Of a DNA stretch of 32,000 bases, positions 1 to 8,508 are shown one piece after another. The notes beneath the pieces were generated by a model that was given only the letters and a program-made list of their open reading frames with translations, did no database searches and was not told where the DNA came from. The stretch spans positions 6,690,001 through 6,722,000 of the forward strand of contig NZ_LN831039.1 in the NCBI RefSeq assembly GCF_001457595.1. Reading direction: 5' to 3'. Origin of the DNA: Mycolicibacterium smegmatis (GTDB taxonomy: Bacteria > Actinomycetota > Actinomycetes > Mycobacteriales > Mycobacteriaceae). Each line of letters starts with the position of its first letter. The first letter of the stretch is position 1. The position numbers were made by a program, and so were the translations under genes.

Positions 1-232
1 CGCACTCGGCCGCAGTCAGGCCCGTGCCGACGTCGACGGCCATGAGCCACAGCTGCTCGAAGTCGAGTTCGTCGAGCCGGCTCAGCACGGGATCGTCGTG
101 CGCGTGGGCCCGGTTGCGTGCCGTGACGTCGTGGCCCGCCGAGCGCAGTTCGTCGGCCAAAAGGGAGAACCGCGTGACGTCCCAGTCGTCGAGGTTCTCG
201 GTGATCGTGGTCTGCAGCAGGATTCTCGCCAT
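1..232 (-). CDS. 5' part of a conserved hypothetical protein (MARILLQTTITENLDDWDVTRFSLLADELRSAGHDVTARNR...) that runs off the left edge; possibly ThuA/class-I amidotransferase-like, function uncertain
   Basis: Hand translation of the minus strand from ATG at 230-232 gives an open, GC3-rich frame to position 1. It is absent from the ORF track because no stop lies in the window. ORF 24..353 (+) is its antisense shadow. Confidence 0.6.
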   Translation of the reverse strand, partial: MARILLQTTITENLDDWDVTRFSLLADELRSAGHDVTARNRAHAHDDPVLSRLDELDFEQLWLMAVDVGTGLTAAEC

Positions 233-330
233 CGGAATCACGCCTCTCGTTCCGCCGAGGGATGGGGTCGCACTTCAGCGTGACGCGGGTGATGCGTGGC
301 GCGGACCCTTGAGAATTCGTGGTCCGGTGA

Positions 331-1497
331 TCACTGGTCGGCGCGCAGTGTGAGCACGCTGATGTCGGGTGGCGCCCCGATGCGCACCGGCGGGCCCCAG
401 AAACCCGCACCCCTGGTCACGTACAGCTGGGTGTCGCCGACGGTCGACAGCCCGGCGAGCGACGGCTGCACAGCCGACACGACGTAGTGGAACGGCCACA
501 GCTGGCCGCCGTGCGTATGGCCCGAGAGCTGCAGGTCGACGCCCCGTTCGGCGGCCTCGGTGACCTGGACCGGCTGATGCGCGAGCAGGACCGTCGCCTG
601 CGACGGGGCGACGCCGGCCAGGGCCCGGTCGAGGTCCGGTGGGTCCGAACTCCGTTCCCCGGCCACGTCGTTGACGCCGGCGAGCGCGAACGACGCACGG
701 CCGCGCCGGATCGGGGTGTTCTCGTTGCGCAGCGGCGCGACGCCGAGCCGCTCGAGTTCACGCAGCCACTCGCCGGTCTCGTCGGTGAAGTACTCGTGGT
801 TGCCGGTGACGAAGAAGCTGCCTTCGCGGGCCGCCAGGTCCTGCAACGGTTCCACCGCGGCGCCCAGTTCGCTGACCGTGCCGTCGACGAGGTCGCCGAC
901 GATCGCGACGAGATCGGGCTCGGTTTCGTTGATCATCCGCACGATCCGCTCGGTGTGCGATCGGCCCAGCATGGGCCCCAGGTGGATGTCGGACACCACC
1001 GCGATGCGGAAGCCGTTGAACGCCGGGTCGATTCGTCCCAGCCGGACGGGAACCTGCAGCATTTTGGGCGGTCCCAGCGCGATCGACGCGCCGGTGCCGA
1101 CGAGCGCCACCGACGCCACACCCGCGGCCACCGCACCGCCGCGCGCGAGGAACATCCGCCGGTTGACCGCCGTCGATTCAGGCGCTGCTTCCTGCGCGCC
1201 GCCACGTTTGACCCACCGCCGCAGCACCAACCGCACGGGCTCGAGCACCAGCAGCGTCAGCACGAGGTAGAACACCAGCGCCAACCACACGAACCCGGGC
1301 CAGGACAGCCACGCCGCCTCGCGGATGTCGAACACCCGCGGGACGATCAGCCCCGCGAACAACAGCGCCGTCGGGATCAGGAACAGCACGGTGGCCACGC
1401 GTCGTGACCGGCCCGGCGTCGTGGTGTTCTTCGCCAGCCGCGTCCACACATAGAAGTGCATCGACGCGAGCACGACGATCAGCACGACGATGAACAT
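331..1497 (-). CDS. Membrane-anchored metallophosphoesterase (calcineurin-like, YkuE-type)
   Basis: 388-aa ORF with N-terminal hydrophobic helices followed by phosphoesterase motifs DIHLG, GDLVD, GNHEY and GHTHGG. ATG at 1495-1497 is preceded by GGGAG. Confidence 0.85.
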   Translation of the reverse strand: MFIVVLIVVLASMHFYVWTRLAKNTTTPGRSRRVATVLFLIPTALLFAGLIVPRVFDIREAAWLSWPGFVWLALVFYLVLTLLVLEPVRLVLRRWVKRGGAQEAAPESTAVNRRMFLARGGAVAAGVASVALVGTGASIALGPPKMLQVPVRLGRIDPAFNGFRIAVVSDIHLGPMLGRSHTERIVRMINETEPDLVAIVGDLVDGTVSELGAAVEPLQDLAAREGSFFVTGNHEYFTDETGEWLRELERLGVAPLRNENTPIRRGRASFALAGVNDVAGERSSDPPDLDRALAGVAPSQATVLLAHQPVQVTEAAERGVDLQLSGHTHGGQLWPFHYVVSAVQPSLAGLSTVGDTQLYVTRGAGFWGPPVRIGAPPDISVLTLRADQ

Positions 1498-1524
1498 GCA
1501 CTCCCTTTCGGAAATGCCGTCAGC

Positions 1525-2202
1525 TTAGTTCGCGGCGCGCCGAACCAGCTCGTCGATTGCCGAGGGGTCGTCGGTGTCGACCACCGGGAAGCCGGATCCG
1601 GGTTCGCCCTCCCAGTGCAATTCGATCCCCGGGTTGTGGACGTCGGATCCGTCGGCGAGGAAGAAGTGCGGGCTGCCCTGCACGTCGTCGGCGTGCGCGC
1701 GGTAGGTGCGCATCATCTCGGCGCGCGCGGTGCCCTCGTCGAGGTCGCGGCGCAGCGCCTCGGCATCGACGTCGGCGCATCCTCCCGCGATGTCGACGAT
1801 CTCGTGCAGCAGCGATATGGGTCTGCTGTCGGTGAAGAACGCATGACGGATCGCCATGTCGAGTTGTTCTGCGGCCTTGGGAGATTGGCGTTTGGCAGCG
1901 TGCACGGCCTCATTGGCGAGCAGCGAGGTGATCGGCCATTCCGACGCCTCACCCTGCCACGGCGCCCACCCGAAGTCCGGCGCCAGCGCACCGACCACGG
2001 GAATCTCGCTGTCCAGGAACCGTTTCGGGATCGGGAAGCGGTTGACGTCCTCCAGCAGGTACAGCTGATGGTCGACGTGCAGCGCGTCGGACAGACCCGC
2101 GCGCTCACGGGCCTGATAGAACCGGTGCAGCGCCACGGTCGCCCAGCCGCACACCACGTCGCTGAACAGCACGACGGTTCCGGGTTTCACATGCACGCTC
2201 AT
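1525..2202 (-). CDS. DsbA-family thioredoxin-fold protein, monothiol variant (CGWA in place of CxxC)
   Basis: 225-aa ORF. The N-terminus VVLFSDVVCGWATVAL matches the DsbA/FrnE-like layout. Its ATG overlaps the upstream dehydrogenase stop as ATGA (2199-2202). Confidence 0.7.
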   Translation of the reverse strand: MSVHVKPGTVVLFSDVVCGWATVALHRFYQARERAGLSDALHVDHQLYLLEDVNRFPIPKRFLDSEIPVVGALAPDFGWAPWQGEASEWPITSLLANEAVHAAKRQSPKAAEQLDMAIRHAFFTDSRPISLLHEIVDIAGGCADVDAEALRRDLDEGTARAEMMRTYRAHADDVQGSPHFFLADGSDVHNPGIELHWEGEPGSGFPVVDTDDPSAIDELVRRAAN

Positions 2203-3380
2203 GGCTTCAGGATGATCTTGACGGCGCCGTCCTGTTTCTTCTGGAAGATCTCGTAGGCGTGCGGCGCCTCGTCGATGGGCAGTATGTGCGTGGCGAAGTC
2301 GTCGACGCCCAACGGGTCGTCGTCGCCGAGCAACGGCATGATGTCGTCAACCCACCGCTTGACGTTGGCCTGACCCATGCGCAGTTGGATCTGCTTGTCG
2401 AACAACGTGAGCATCGGGATCGGGTCGGCGGTGCCCCCGTACACGCCGATCAGCGAGATCGTGCCGCCGCGGCGCACGGTGTCGATCGCCGAGTACAGCG
2501 CGTCGAGCCGGTCGACGCCGGCGTTCTCCATCATCGGTTTGGCCACCGCGTCGGGCAGCGCGGCCGCCGCGGTCTGCATGATCTTCGCGACGGGTGAGCC
2601 GTGTGCCTCCATGCCGACCGCGTCGATCACCGCGTCGGTGCCCCGGCCGTGGGTCATCGACCGGATGACGTCGCCGAGCGGTTCGTCGATCGCACCCAGA
2701 TCGATGGCCTGGATGCCGCGGTCGGCGGCGCGGCGCAGTCGCTCGGGGATGCGGTCCACCGCGAACACCTCATAGCCGAGGTGGTGCGCGATGCGCGCGG
2801 CCATGTCGCCGATCGGCCCGAGGCCCAGCACGGTCACCGTGCCGCCTTTGGGGATCTCGGCGTAGGCAACCGACTGCCATGCGGTGGGCAGCACGTCGGA
2901 CAGGTACACGTATCGCGAGTCGGGTGGCCCGTCGGGCACCTTGATGTGGGTGAACTGGGCCTGCGGCACGCGCAGATACTGCGCCTGCCCGCCGGGCACG
3001 CTGCCGTACAACTCGGAGTAGCCGAACAACGCCGCGCCCATGCCCTGCTCGCGCACCTGGGTCGTCTCGCACTGCGTGTAGAGCTTCTGGTCGCACATGA
3101 AACAGTGCCCGCACGAGATCTGGAACGGTATGACGACGCGGTCGCCGACCGACAGGCCGTCCACGGCCGATCCGACCTCGCGCACGATGCCCATCGGCTC
3201 GTGGCCCAGGATGTCACCCTCGTTCATGAATGCGCCCAGCACCTCGTACAGGTGCAGATCGGAGCCGCAGATGTTGGTCGAGGTCACCTCGATGATGGCG
3301 TCGGTGGGCTGCTCGATCTTCGGGTCGGGCACGTTGTCCACTCGGACGTCGCGCCTGCCGTGCCAGGTGACCGCTTTCAC
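2199..3380 (-). CDS. Zinc-dependent alcohol dehydrogenase, glutathione-independent formaldehyde dehydrogenase-like
   Basis: Catalytic Zn motifs CGSDLH and GHE, structural Zn cluster CGHCFMCDQKLYTQC, and Rossmann motif GLGPIG. Start reassigned to GTG at 3378-3380 (VKAVTWHGRRDV...) with GGGGAG about 7 nt upstream. The upstream 71 codons of the track ORF are Ala/Ser/Pro-rich filler. Confidence 0.85.
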   Translation of the reverse strand: MKAVTWHGRRDVRVDNVPDPKIEQPTDAIIEVTSTNICGSDLHLYEVLGAFMNEGDILGHEPMGIVREVGSAVDGLSVGDRVVIPFQISCGHCFMCDQKLYTQCETTQVREQGMGAALFGYSELYGSVPGGQAQYLRVPQAQFTHIKVPDGPPDSRYVYLSDVLPTAWQSVAYAEIPKGGTVTVLGLGPIGDMAARIAHHLGYEVFAVDRIPERLRRAADRGIQAIDLGAIDEPLGDVIRSMTHGRGTDAVIDAVGMEAHGSPVAKIMQTAAAALPDAVAKPMMENAGVDRLDALYSAIDTVRRGGTISLIGVYGGTADPIPMLTLFDKQIQLRMGQANVKRWVDDIMPLLGDDDPLGVDDFATHILPIDEAPHAYEIFQKKQDGAVKIILKP

Positions 3381-3462
3381 TGCCTGCTCCCCTCGTTGGT
3401 TGTGAGGTGGGCTACCCCACCGGAGCTGGCCCAAACCTTGGCCCGGGGCGTCTGGCACGCTG

Positions 3463-6018
3463 GTGACCACCATGACCGACTCCTCCCAGCTGCTCGCCGA
3501 TCCGGCCGATCTGTCCGGTGTGCGCGCGATCGGGGCCGATCCCGACGAGTTGTTCGCGTCGTTCGCCGCGTGGGCCGAGGCCAACGGCACCACGCTGTAC
3601 CCGGCGCAGGAGGAGGCGCTGATCGAACTGGTCAGCGGCGCGAACGTGATCCTCGCGACGCCGACCGGGTCCGGGAAGTCCCTCGTGGCGACCGGCGCGT
3701 TGTACGCCGCGCTCGCGGCGGGCAGGCGCAGCTACTACACCGCACCCATCAAGGCCCTGGTCAGCGAGAAGTTCTTCGCGTTGTGCGACGTGTTCGGCGC
3801 GGTCAACGTCGGCATGCTCACCGGGGACGCGGCCGTGAACTCCGATGCGCCGATCATCGTGTGCACCGCCGAGGTGCTGGCCAACATCGCGCTGCGCGAG
3901 GGCGGCGACGGACCGCTGGGCACGCAGCCGTGCATGGTCGTCATGGACGAGTTCCACTTCTACGGTGACCCCGACCGCGGCTGGGCGTGGCAGGTGCCGC
4001 TGCTGGAGCTGCCGAGTGCGCAGTTCCTGCTGATGTCGGCCACGCTCGGCGACGTCACGTTCCTGCGCGCAGACCTCACGCGCCGCACCGGGCGCACCAC
4101 CGCACTGGTGGCCAACGCGGCCCGGCCCGTGCCGCTGTTCTACAGCTACGCGACCACACCCATGCACGAGACCATCACCGACCTGCTCGACACCAGACAG
4201 GCCCCGATCTACGTCGTGCACTTCACGCAGGCCGCGGCGCTGGAACGCGCACAGGCGCTCATGAGCATCAACGTCGCGACCAAGGACGAGAAGGCCGCGC
4301 TGCGGGACATGATCGGCGCGTTCCGCTTCTCGACGTCGTTCGGTTCGACGCTGTCGCGCCTGGTGCGCCACGGCATCGGCGTGCACCACGCGGGCATGCT
4401 GCCCAAGTACCGCAGGCTGGTCGAGCAGCTGGCACAGGCCGGCCTGCTCAAGATCATCTGCGGCACAGACACTCTGGGCGTCGGCATCAACGTCCCGATC
4501 CGCACCGTGGTGTTCTCGGCGCTGTCGAAGTACGACGGCACCCGCACGCGCCTGCTCAACGCGCGCGAGTTCCACCAGATCGCCGGGCGGGCCGGGCGCG
4601 CCGGGTTCGACACCGCGGGCACCGTGGTGGTGCAGGCCCCCGAACACGAGGTGGAGAACCTCAAGCAGTTCGCGAAGGTCGCCGACGACCCGAAGAAACG
4701 TCGGAAGCTGGTGCGCCGCAAGGCCCCTGCGGGCATGGTGCCGTGGAGCGAAACGACCATGACGCGTCTTGTGGAGGCACCGCCGGAGCCGTTGAGCAGC
4801 AACATGCGGGTGACGACGTCGATGATCCTCGACGTCGTGGACCGCCCCGGCGATCCGTTCGTGGCGATGCGCAGGCTGCTCACCGACAACCACGAACCCC
4901 GCAAGCGCCAGTTGCAGCTCATCCGCGAGGCGGTCGGCATCGCGCGGTCGCTGTTGCAGGCCGGGGTGCTCGAGCGCCTCGACACACCGGACGCCGACGG
5001 CAGGCGGTACCGGCTGACCGTCGATCTGCCACCGGATTTCGCGCTCAACCAACCGTTGTCGACGTTCGCGCTCGCCGCCGTCGACGTCCTCGACACCGAC
5101 TCGGACACCTACGCACTGGACGTGGTGTCGGTGATCGAGGCGACGCTGGAGGATCCGCGGCAGATCCTGGCGGCTCAGCTCAACAAGGCCAGGGGCGAGG
5201 CCGTCGCGCAGATGAAGGCCGACGGCATCGAGTACGACGAGCGCATCGAACTGCTCGACGACATCACCTACCCCAAGCCGCTGGAAGAACTGCTGGAGCA
5301 CACCTACGAGGTGTATCTGCAGACCAATCCGTGGGCCGCGGACGCGCGGCTGTCACCGAAGTCGGTGGTCCGCGAGATGTGGGAACGGGGCATGACGTTC
5401 CGCGAGTACATCAGCGCCTATGGCCTGACCCGCTCCGAGGGCGCCGTGCTGCGGTACCTGTCCGACGCGTTCAAGGCGTTGCGGTCCGGGGTGCCCGCGG
5501 CGGCACGCACCGAGGAACTCACCGACATCGTCGAGTGGCTCGGCGAACTGGTGCGCCAGGTCGATTCGAGCCTGCTCGACGAGTGGGAGCAGCTCACCAG
5601 CCCGGATCAGCCGCTCGACGCGCCCGTCACGGTGCCTGCGCGTCCACGCCCGCTGACCGGCAACGAGCGCGCGTTCACCGCGATGGTGCGCAACGCGCTG
5701 TTCCGCCGGGTCGAGTTGTTCGCGCGGGAACGCTGGGACGAGCTCGGCGGGCTCGACGACGACTGGAACGCCGAACGCTGGCGCGAGGTGGGCGACGCGT
5801 ACTTCGCCGAGCACGACGACGTCGGCACCGGAGCGGACGCGCGCGGCCCTGCGCTGCTGATGATCGACCGCAGGCCCGATGTGTGGCACGTGCGCCAGAT
5901 CCTCGACGATCCGGCAGGCGACCACGACTGGGGTTTCAGCGTCGAAGTGGACCTCGCGGCCTCAGACGAGGAGGGCACCGCCGTGTTGCGGATGGTCGAC
6001 GCGGGCCGGCTGGACTGA
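3463..6018 (+). CDS. SF2 DEAD/DEAH-box (DEFH) helicase with a long conserved C-terminal domain (DUF3516-like)
   Basis: 851-aa ORF with Walker A ATPTGSGKS, motif II MDEFH, motif III SAT, and HHAGMLP and QIAGRAGRAG (motif VI). About 400 aa of non-helicase C-terminal region follow. Start is GTG 3463 or ATG 3472. Confidence 0.85.
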   Translation: MTTMTDSSQLLADPADLSGVRAIGADPDELFASFAAWAEANGTTLYPAQEEALIELVSGANVILATPTGSGKSLVATGALYAALAAGRRSYYTAPIKALVSEKFFALCDVFGAVNVGMLTGDAAVNSDAPIIVCTAEVLANIALREGGDGPLGTQPCMVVMDEFHFYGDPDRGWAWQVPLLELPSAQFLLMSATLGDVTFLRADLTRRTGRTTALVANAARPVPLFYSYATTPMHETITDLLDTRQAPIYVVHFTQAAALERAQALMSINVATKDEKAALRDMIGAFRFSTSFGSTLSRLVRHGIGVHHAGMLPKYRRLVEQLAQAGLLKIICGTDTLGVGINVPIRTVVFSALSKYDGTRTRLLNAREFHQIAGRAGRAGFDTAGTVVVQAPEHEVENLKQFAKVADDPKKRRKLVRRKAPAGMVPWSETTMTRLVEAPPEPLSSNMRVTTSMILDVVDRPGDPFVAMRRLLTDNHEPRKRQLQLIREAVGIARSLLQAGVLERLDTPDADGRRYRLTVDLPPDFALNQPLSTFALAAVDVLDTDSDTYALDVVSVIEATLEDPRQILAAQLNKARGEAVAQMKADGIEYDERIELLDDITYPKPLEELLEHTYEVYLQTNPWAADARLSPKSVVREMWERGMTFREYISAYGLTRSEGAVLRYLSDAFKALRSGVPAAARTEELTDIVEWLGELVRQVDSSLLDEWEQLTSPDQPLDAPVTVPARPRPLTGNERAFTAMVRNALFRRVELFARERWDELGGLDDDWNAERWREVGDAYFAEHDDVGTGADARGPALLMIDRRPDVWHVRQILDDPAGDHDWGFSVEVDLAASDEEGTAVLRMVDAGRLD

Positions 6019-6024
6019 TCCGGG

Positions 6025-6744
6025 TCATTTCCAGGCGAACACGGGTTGTTCGAGGTCGTACACCGGATCGGGCCTGCCCTCCAGGCACAGTCGGCGGACC
6101 TGCAGCAGCACGGCCCCGGTCGGCGCGTGGATCAGGTCGTTGCCCAGCGGAATCTGCACCACCGGGCGTGGGCTCTCGGGGATCGCGACGAACCGCGGTG
6201 AATCCTCGCGTTGCAACTGATGCAGCCCAACCCGGTAGGCGGCCACCACCTCGTCGGGCGACGGGGACACGTCGAGACGCCCGCCGCCCCAGATCACGAC
6301 CGGGGTGATGACGTATCCCGATCGGGTCGGGTAGTCGTCGAGCAGGCCCAGCACGGTCGATTCGGGCAGCCGGACGCCGAGTTCCTCGTCGAGTTCGCGC
6401 AGGGCGGCCTCTTCGACGGTCTCGCCGGGATCCACCCGCCCGCCGGGCAGTGCCCACTGCGCGGAGTGCGATGTGAGCCGCGCTGCGCGCCGGCACATCA
6501 GGAACGCCGCGCCGCCGGACACGTCGACCATGCGTCCGTCCAGCCCGGCCTCCAGGACGGGCCTGCCGCCGATCCAGTCCTCGACCGGCGCCGGGTCGAC
6601 CCGGTCCTCGCCGAGCTCGGAGTCCACCAGCACCACCGCGACCGCGGCGTGCCGCTTGGTGGGGTCGGTCGTCACCCGACGGTCGTGGCCCGCCAGGTGG
6701 GTGCGGATGCGTTCCCGCAGGGCGTCGTCGTAGGCGATGGTCAC
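6025..6744 (-). CDS. NUDIX hydrolase (CoA pyrophosphatase-like)
   Basis: Nudix box LPGGRVDPGETVEEAALRELDEELGV. GTG start at 6742-6744. It converges on the helicase with a 6-bp gap. Confidence 0.85.
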   Translation of the reverse strand: MTIAYDDALRERIRTHLAGHDRRVTTDPTKRHAAVAVVLVDSELGEDRVDPAPVEDWIGGRPVLEAGLDGRMVDVSGGAAFLMCRRAARLTSHSAQWALPGGRVDPGETVEEAALRELDEELGVRLPESTVLGLLDDYPTRSGYVITPVVIWGGGRLDVSPSPDEVVAAYRVGLHQLQREDSPRFVAIPESPRPVVQIPLGNDLIHAPTGAVLLQVRRLCLEGRPDPVYDLEQPVFAWK

Positions 6745-6782
6745 CGATCGACCATATGTCCGGGCCCATATCCAGGGCTTGC

Positions 6783-7952
6783 CTAGGGGGAGTCCTTGCG
6801 GCCCGCGAGGCGTTTGATGATGCGGATCTCACCGTCGCGATAGGCCCTGCCGTCGGTGTGGAACAGGTCGTGGAACCACGGGTTGGGCGGCGCCGGATAC
6901 GGGTGATCCCACGAATCCCACGGCAGGTAGGTCTGGGTTTTTCCGGCCACGAAACCCCAGCAGTAGGCGCCCACGTTGCGCCGCTTGGTAACGGGAAGGA
7001 CGCCCTCGATGGTGCTGCCCTGTGAGCGCGCCAGGTACTCGGTACACAGCATCGGCCGGCGCATCGGGGCGAGCTCGCCGATGCGGTTCTCGAAGCCGGC
7101 CGGGTCGTCGTAGCTGTGGAACGTGATGATGTCGGAGTTGTCCAGCTGGATCTTGCAGATCTCGGTGCGCTTGGCGGGATCGGCCCATTCGCCCTCCCAC
7201 ACGCCGCTGGTCAGCGGCTGGATCGGGTCGACCGAGCGGGCCCAGCGGAACACCTGCGGCAGCAGGTCGGCGACGAACTCCAGCTTGTCGCGGCGTTCGA
7301 CCTTGCGATACACCGCGGCCGGGTTGTCGGGTTCGTTCCACAGATCCCAGCCCAGGATCCGCCGGTCGGTGCGGAAACGGGTGATCACGCCGGTCACGTA
7401 CTCCCGCAGATGGCGGTGCCTGCGCCGGTCGAGGTACACGGCCCCCGGGCTCTGCACCCAGCCCGAGTTGTGCACACCTGGGCGCGGCGCGTGCTGGCGA
7501 CCCAACTTGGGCAACGGATCCCAACACGAATCGAACAGGACGAGCAGGGGTTTGATGCCGTGGCTCGACGCCAGGGCAATGAACTGCGCGAGCCGTTCCA
7601 GGAACCCGGTGCGGTCCTGATGCCACAGCAGGTCGTGCAGGAACACCCGTACCGTGTTGAAGCCGATCAACCGGGCCATCCGCAGTTCCCGGTCGATCTG
7701 CTGCGGGTCGTAGGTGTCCGGCTGGAACATCTCGAGCTGGTTGATCGCGTTGGACGGGATGAAATTGGCGCCTACCAGCCACCCTTGCGCGTCGTACCAG
7801 CGGTTGGCCCGCTCCACCGACCAGCGGGGGGCCTTCGCCTCGGCGCGCGGCATCGAGGTCCATGCGCCGAGCCCGGTGATGCCGGTGACGGCCAGCGGAA
7901 GCTTGAGCACGTTGCGCCTGGCCATGGCTCGACCGTCCGGGCCGGACGTCAT
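6783..7952 (-). CDS. Exported clan GH-A glycoside hydrolase (GH5/cellulase-like) with a Tat-type signal peptide
   Basis: Twin-arginine signal MARRNVLKLPLAVTGITGLGAWTSMPRAEA, acid/base motif WDLWNEPDN and a likely nucleophile in LCTEYL. Start is uncertain among ATG 7985, 7952 and 7925. Codons upstream of 7952 use rare AGT/TTG/TTT. Confidence 0.7.
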   Translation of the reverse strand: MTSGPDGRAMARRNVLKLPLAVTGITGLGAWTSMPRAEAKAPRWSVERANRWYDAQGWLVGANFIPSNAINQLEMFQPDTYDPQQIDRELRMARLIGFNTVRVFLHDLLWHQDRTGFLERLAQFIALASSHGIKPLLVLFDSCWDPLPKLGRQHAPRPGVHNSGWVQSPGAVYLDRRRHRHLREYVTGVITRFRTDRRILGWDLWNEPDNPAAVYRKVERRDKLEFVADLLPQVFRWARSVDPIQPLTSGVWEGEWADPAKRTEICKIQLDNSDIITFHSYDDPAGFENRIGELAPMRRPMLCTEYLARSQGSTIEGVLPVTKRRNVGAYCWGFVAGKTQTYLPWDSWDHPYPAPPNPWFHDLFHTDGRAYRDGEIRIIKRLAGRKDSP

Positions 7953-8065
7953 ACTGTGCGTGCGAAACAAACTGCGGTCCTTCATGTTCGGGGACGACCG
8001 TACTGCCACGGTGTACCCCGCGAGCGCCCCGGACGAATCCGGGATGTGCGACCGCACCGGGCGTG

Positions 8066-8452
8066 TCAGCCCAATGCGCGCCAATGCTGGTCGTCGTCCT
8101 GTGAACGCTCCGCAGCATCGAGGCGGCGCCACAAGTCGGTCAGGTCGATGTCATTGGCCTGGCGTGGCCGGTGCCGGTAGAACTTGGTCTCGTCGAAGCT
8201 CTGCGGGCACCGGAACTTGTGCAACGTCAGGCAGCGTACCGGCCAGCGGGCCTGGTGCACGCAGTCCAGGTCGATCACCAGCCGCGTACGACGGTCCACG
8301 GCGAAGCGGTTTCCCTCAAAAGTGTCCTGCGTCAACTTCATTGACGCGTCGAACAGGTACCAGCCGCCGTAGAGTGTCTTCAACCACACCGTGTCGGCCT
8401 CACAGTGCCGGCACGGCGCCACTACCGAAGGTGCATTGCTGTCGACCAGCAT
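8066..8452 (-). CDS. Small Cys/His-rich hypothetical protein (zinc-ribbon-like, resembles DUF6083 proteins)
   Basis: 128 aa from internal ATG 8450-8452 (MLVDSNAPSVVAPCRHCEADTVW...RCLTLHKFRCP). The 5' part of track ORF 8066..8797 overlaps the LLM gene in another frame and is Arg-rich shadow. Confidence 0.55.
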   Translation of the reverse strand: MLVDSNAPSVVAPCRHCEADTVWLKTLYGGWYLFDASMKLTQDTFEGNRFAVDRRTRLVIDLDCVHQARWPVRCLTLHKFRCPQSFDETKFYRHRPRQANDIDLTDLWRRLDAAERSQDDDQHWRALG

Positions 8453-8508
8453 GCGCCCCAGGCTACAAGAAGCCGCCGACAGGCTCCGCTCGACACAGGA
8501 CGCGCAGC

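Noticed and set aside
24-353. 109-aa (+) ORF at the left edge
   Set aside because: It is antisense to the partial minus-strand gene (1-232), whose translation is well-behaved, and it is Ser/Arg-rich. It also crosses the intergenic region into the phosphoesterase 3' end.
3381-3593. 5' extensions of track ORFs for the ADH (to 3593), LLM (to 9516), SDR (to 13563), mdcD-E (to 18323), mdcB (to 19443), mdcA (to 21229), glycosidase (to 8132) and P450 (from 9330)
   Set aside because: The extensions overlap neighbouring genes or promoter regions and lack family-typical sequence. In each case an internal ATG or GTG sits at the family-typical N-terminus, usually with an SD-like purine tract or a start-stop overlap.
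2601-3968. 455-aa (+) ORF spanning the dehydrogenase gene, the intergenic region and the helicase 5' end
   Set aside because: It is antisense to a motif-rich Zn-ADH, runs across a divergent promoter region, and has a low-complexity Arg/Gly/His-rich translation.
3412-6308. Very long ORFs overlapping the helicase gene: 3412..5301 (-) 629 aa, 3987..6308 (+) 773 aa, 4209..5108 (-), 5353..5925 (-)
   Set aside because: They are antisense or alternate-frame shadows of the helicase CDS. Their products are Arg/Gly/Pro/Ala-rich with no motifs, whereas the 3463..6018 frame carries a full SF2 motif set and GC3-biased codons. Long open shadow frames are expected in DNA this GC-rich.
5936-8180. ORFs 5936..6832 (-), 6829..8118 (-) and 7116..8180 (+) overlapping the NUDIX and glycosidase genes
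   Set aside because: They are shadow frames. The chosen frames contain the Nudix box and the GH-A NEP and Tat-signal motifs, and the alternatives contain none.
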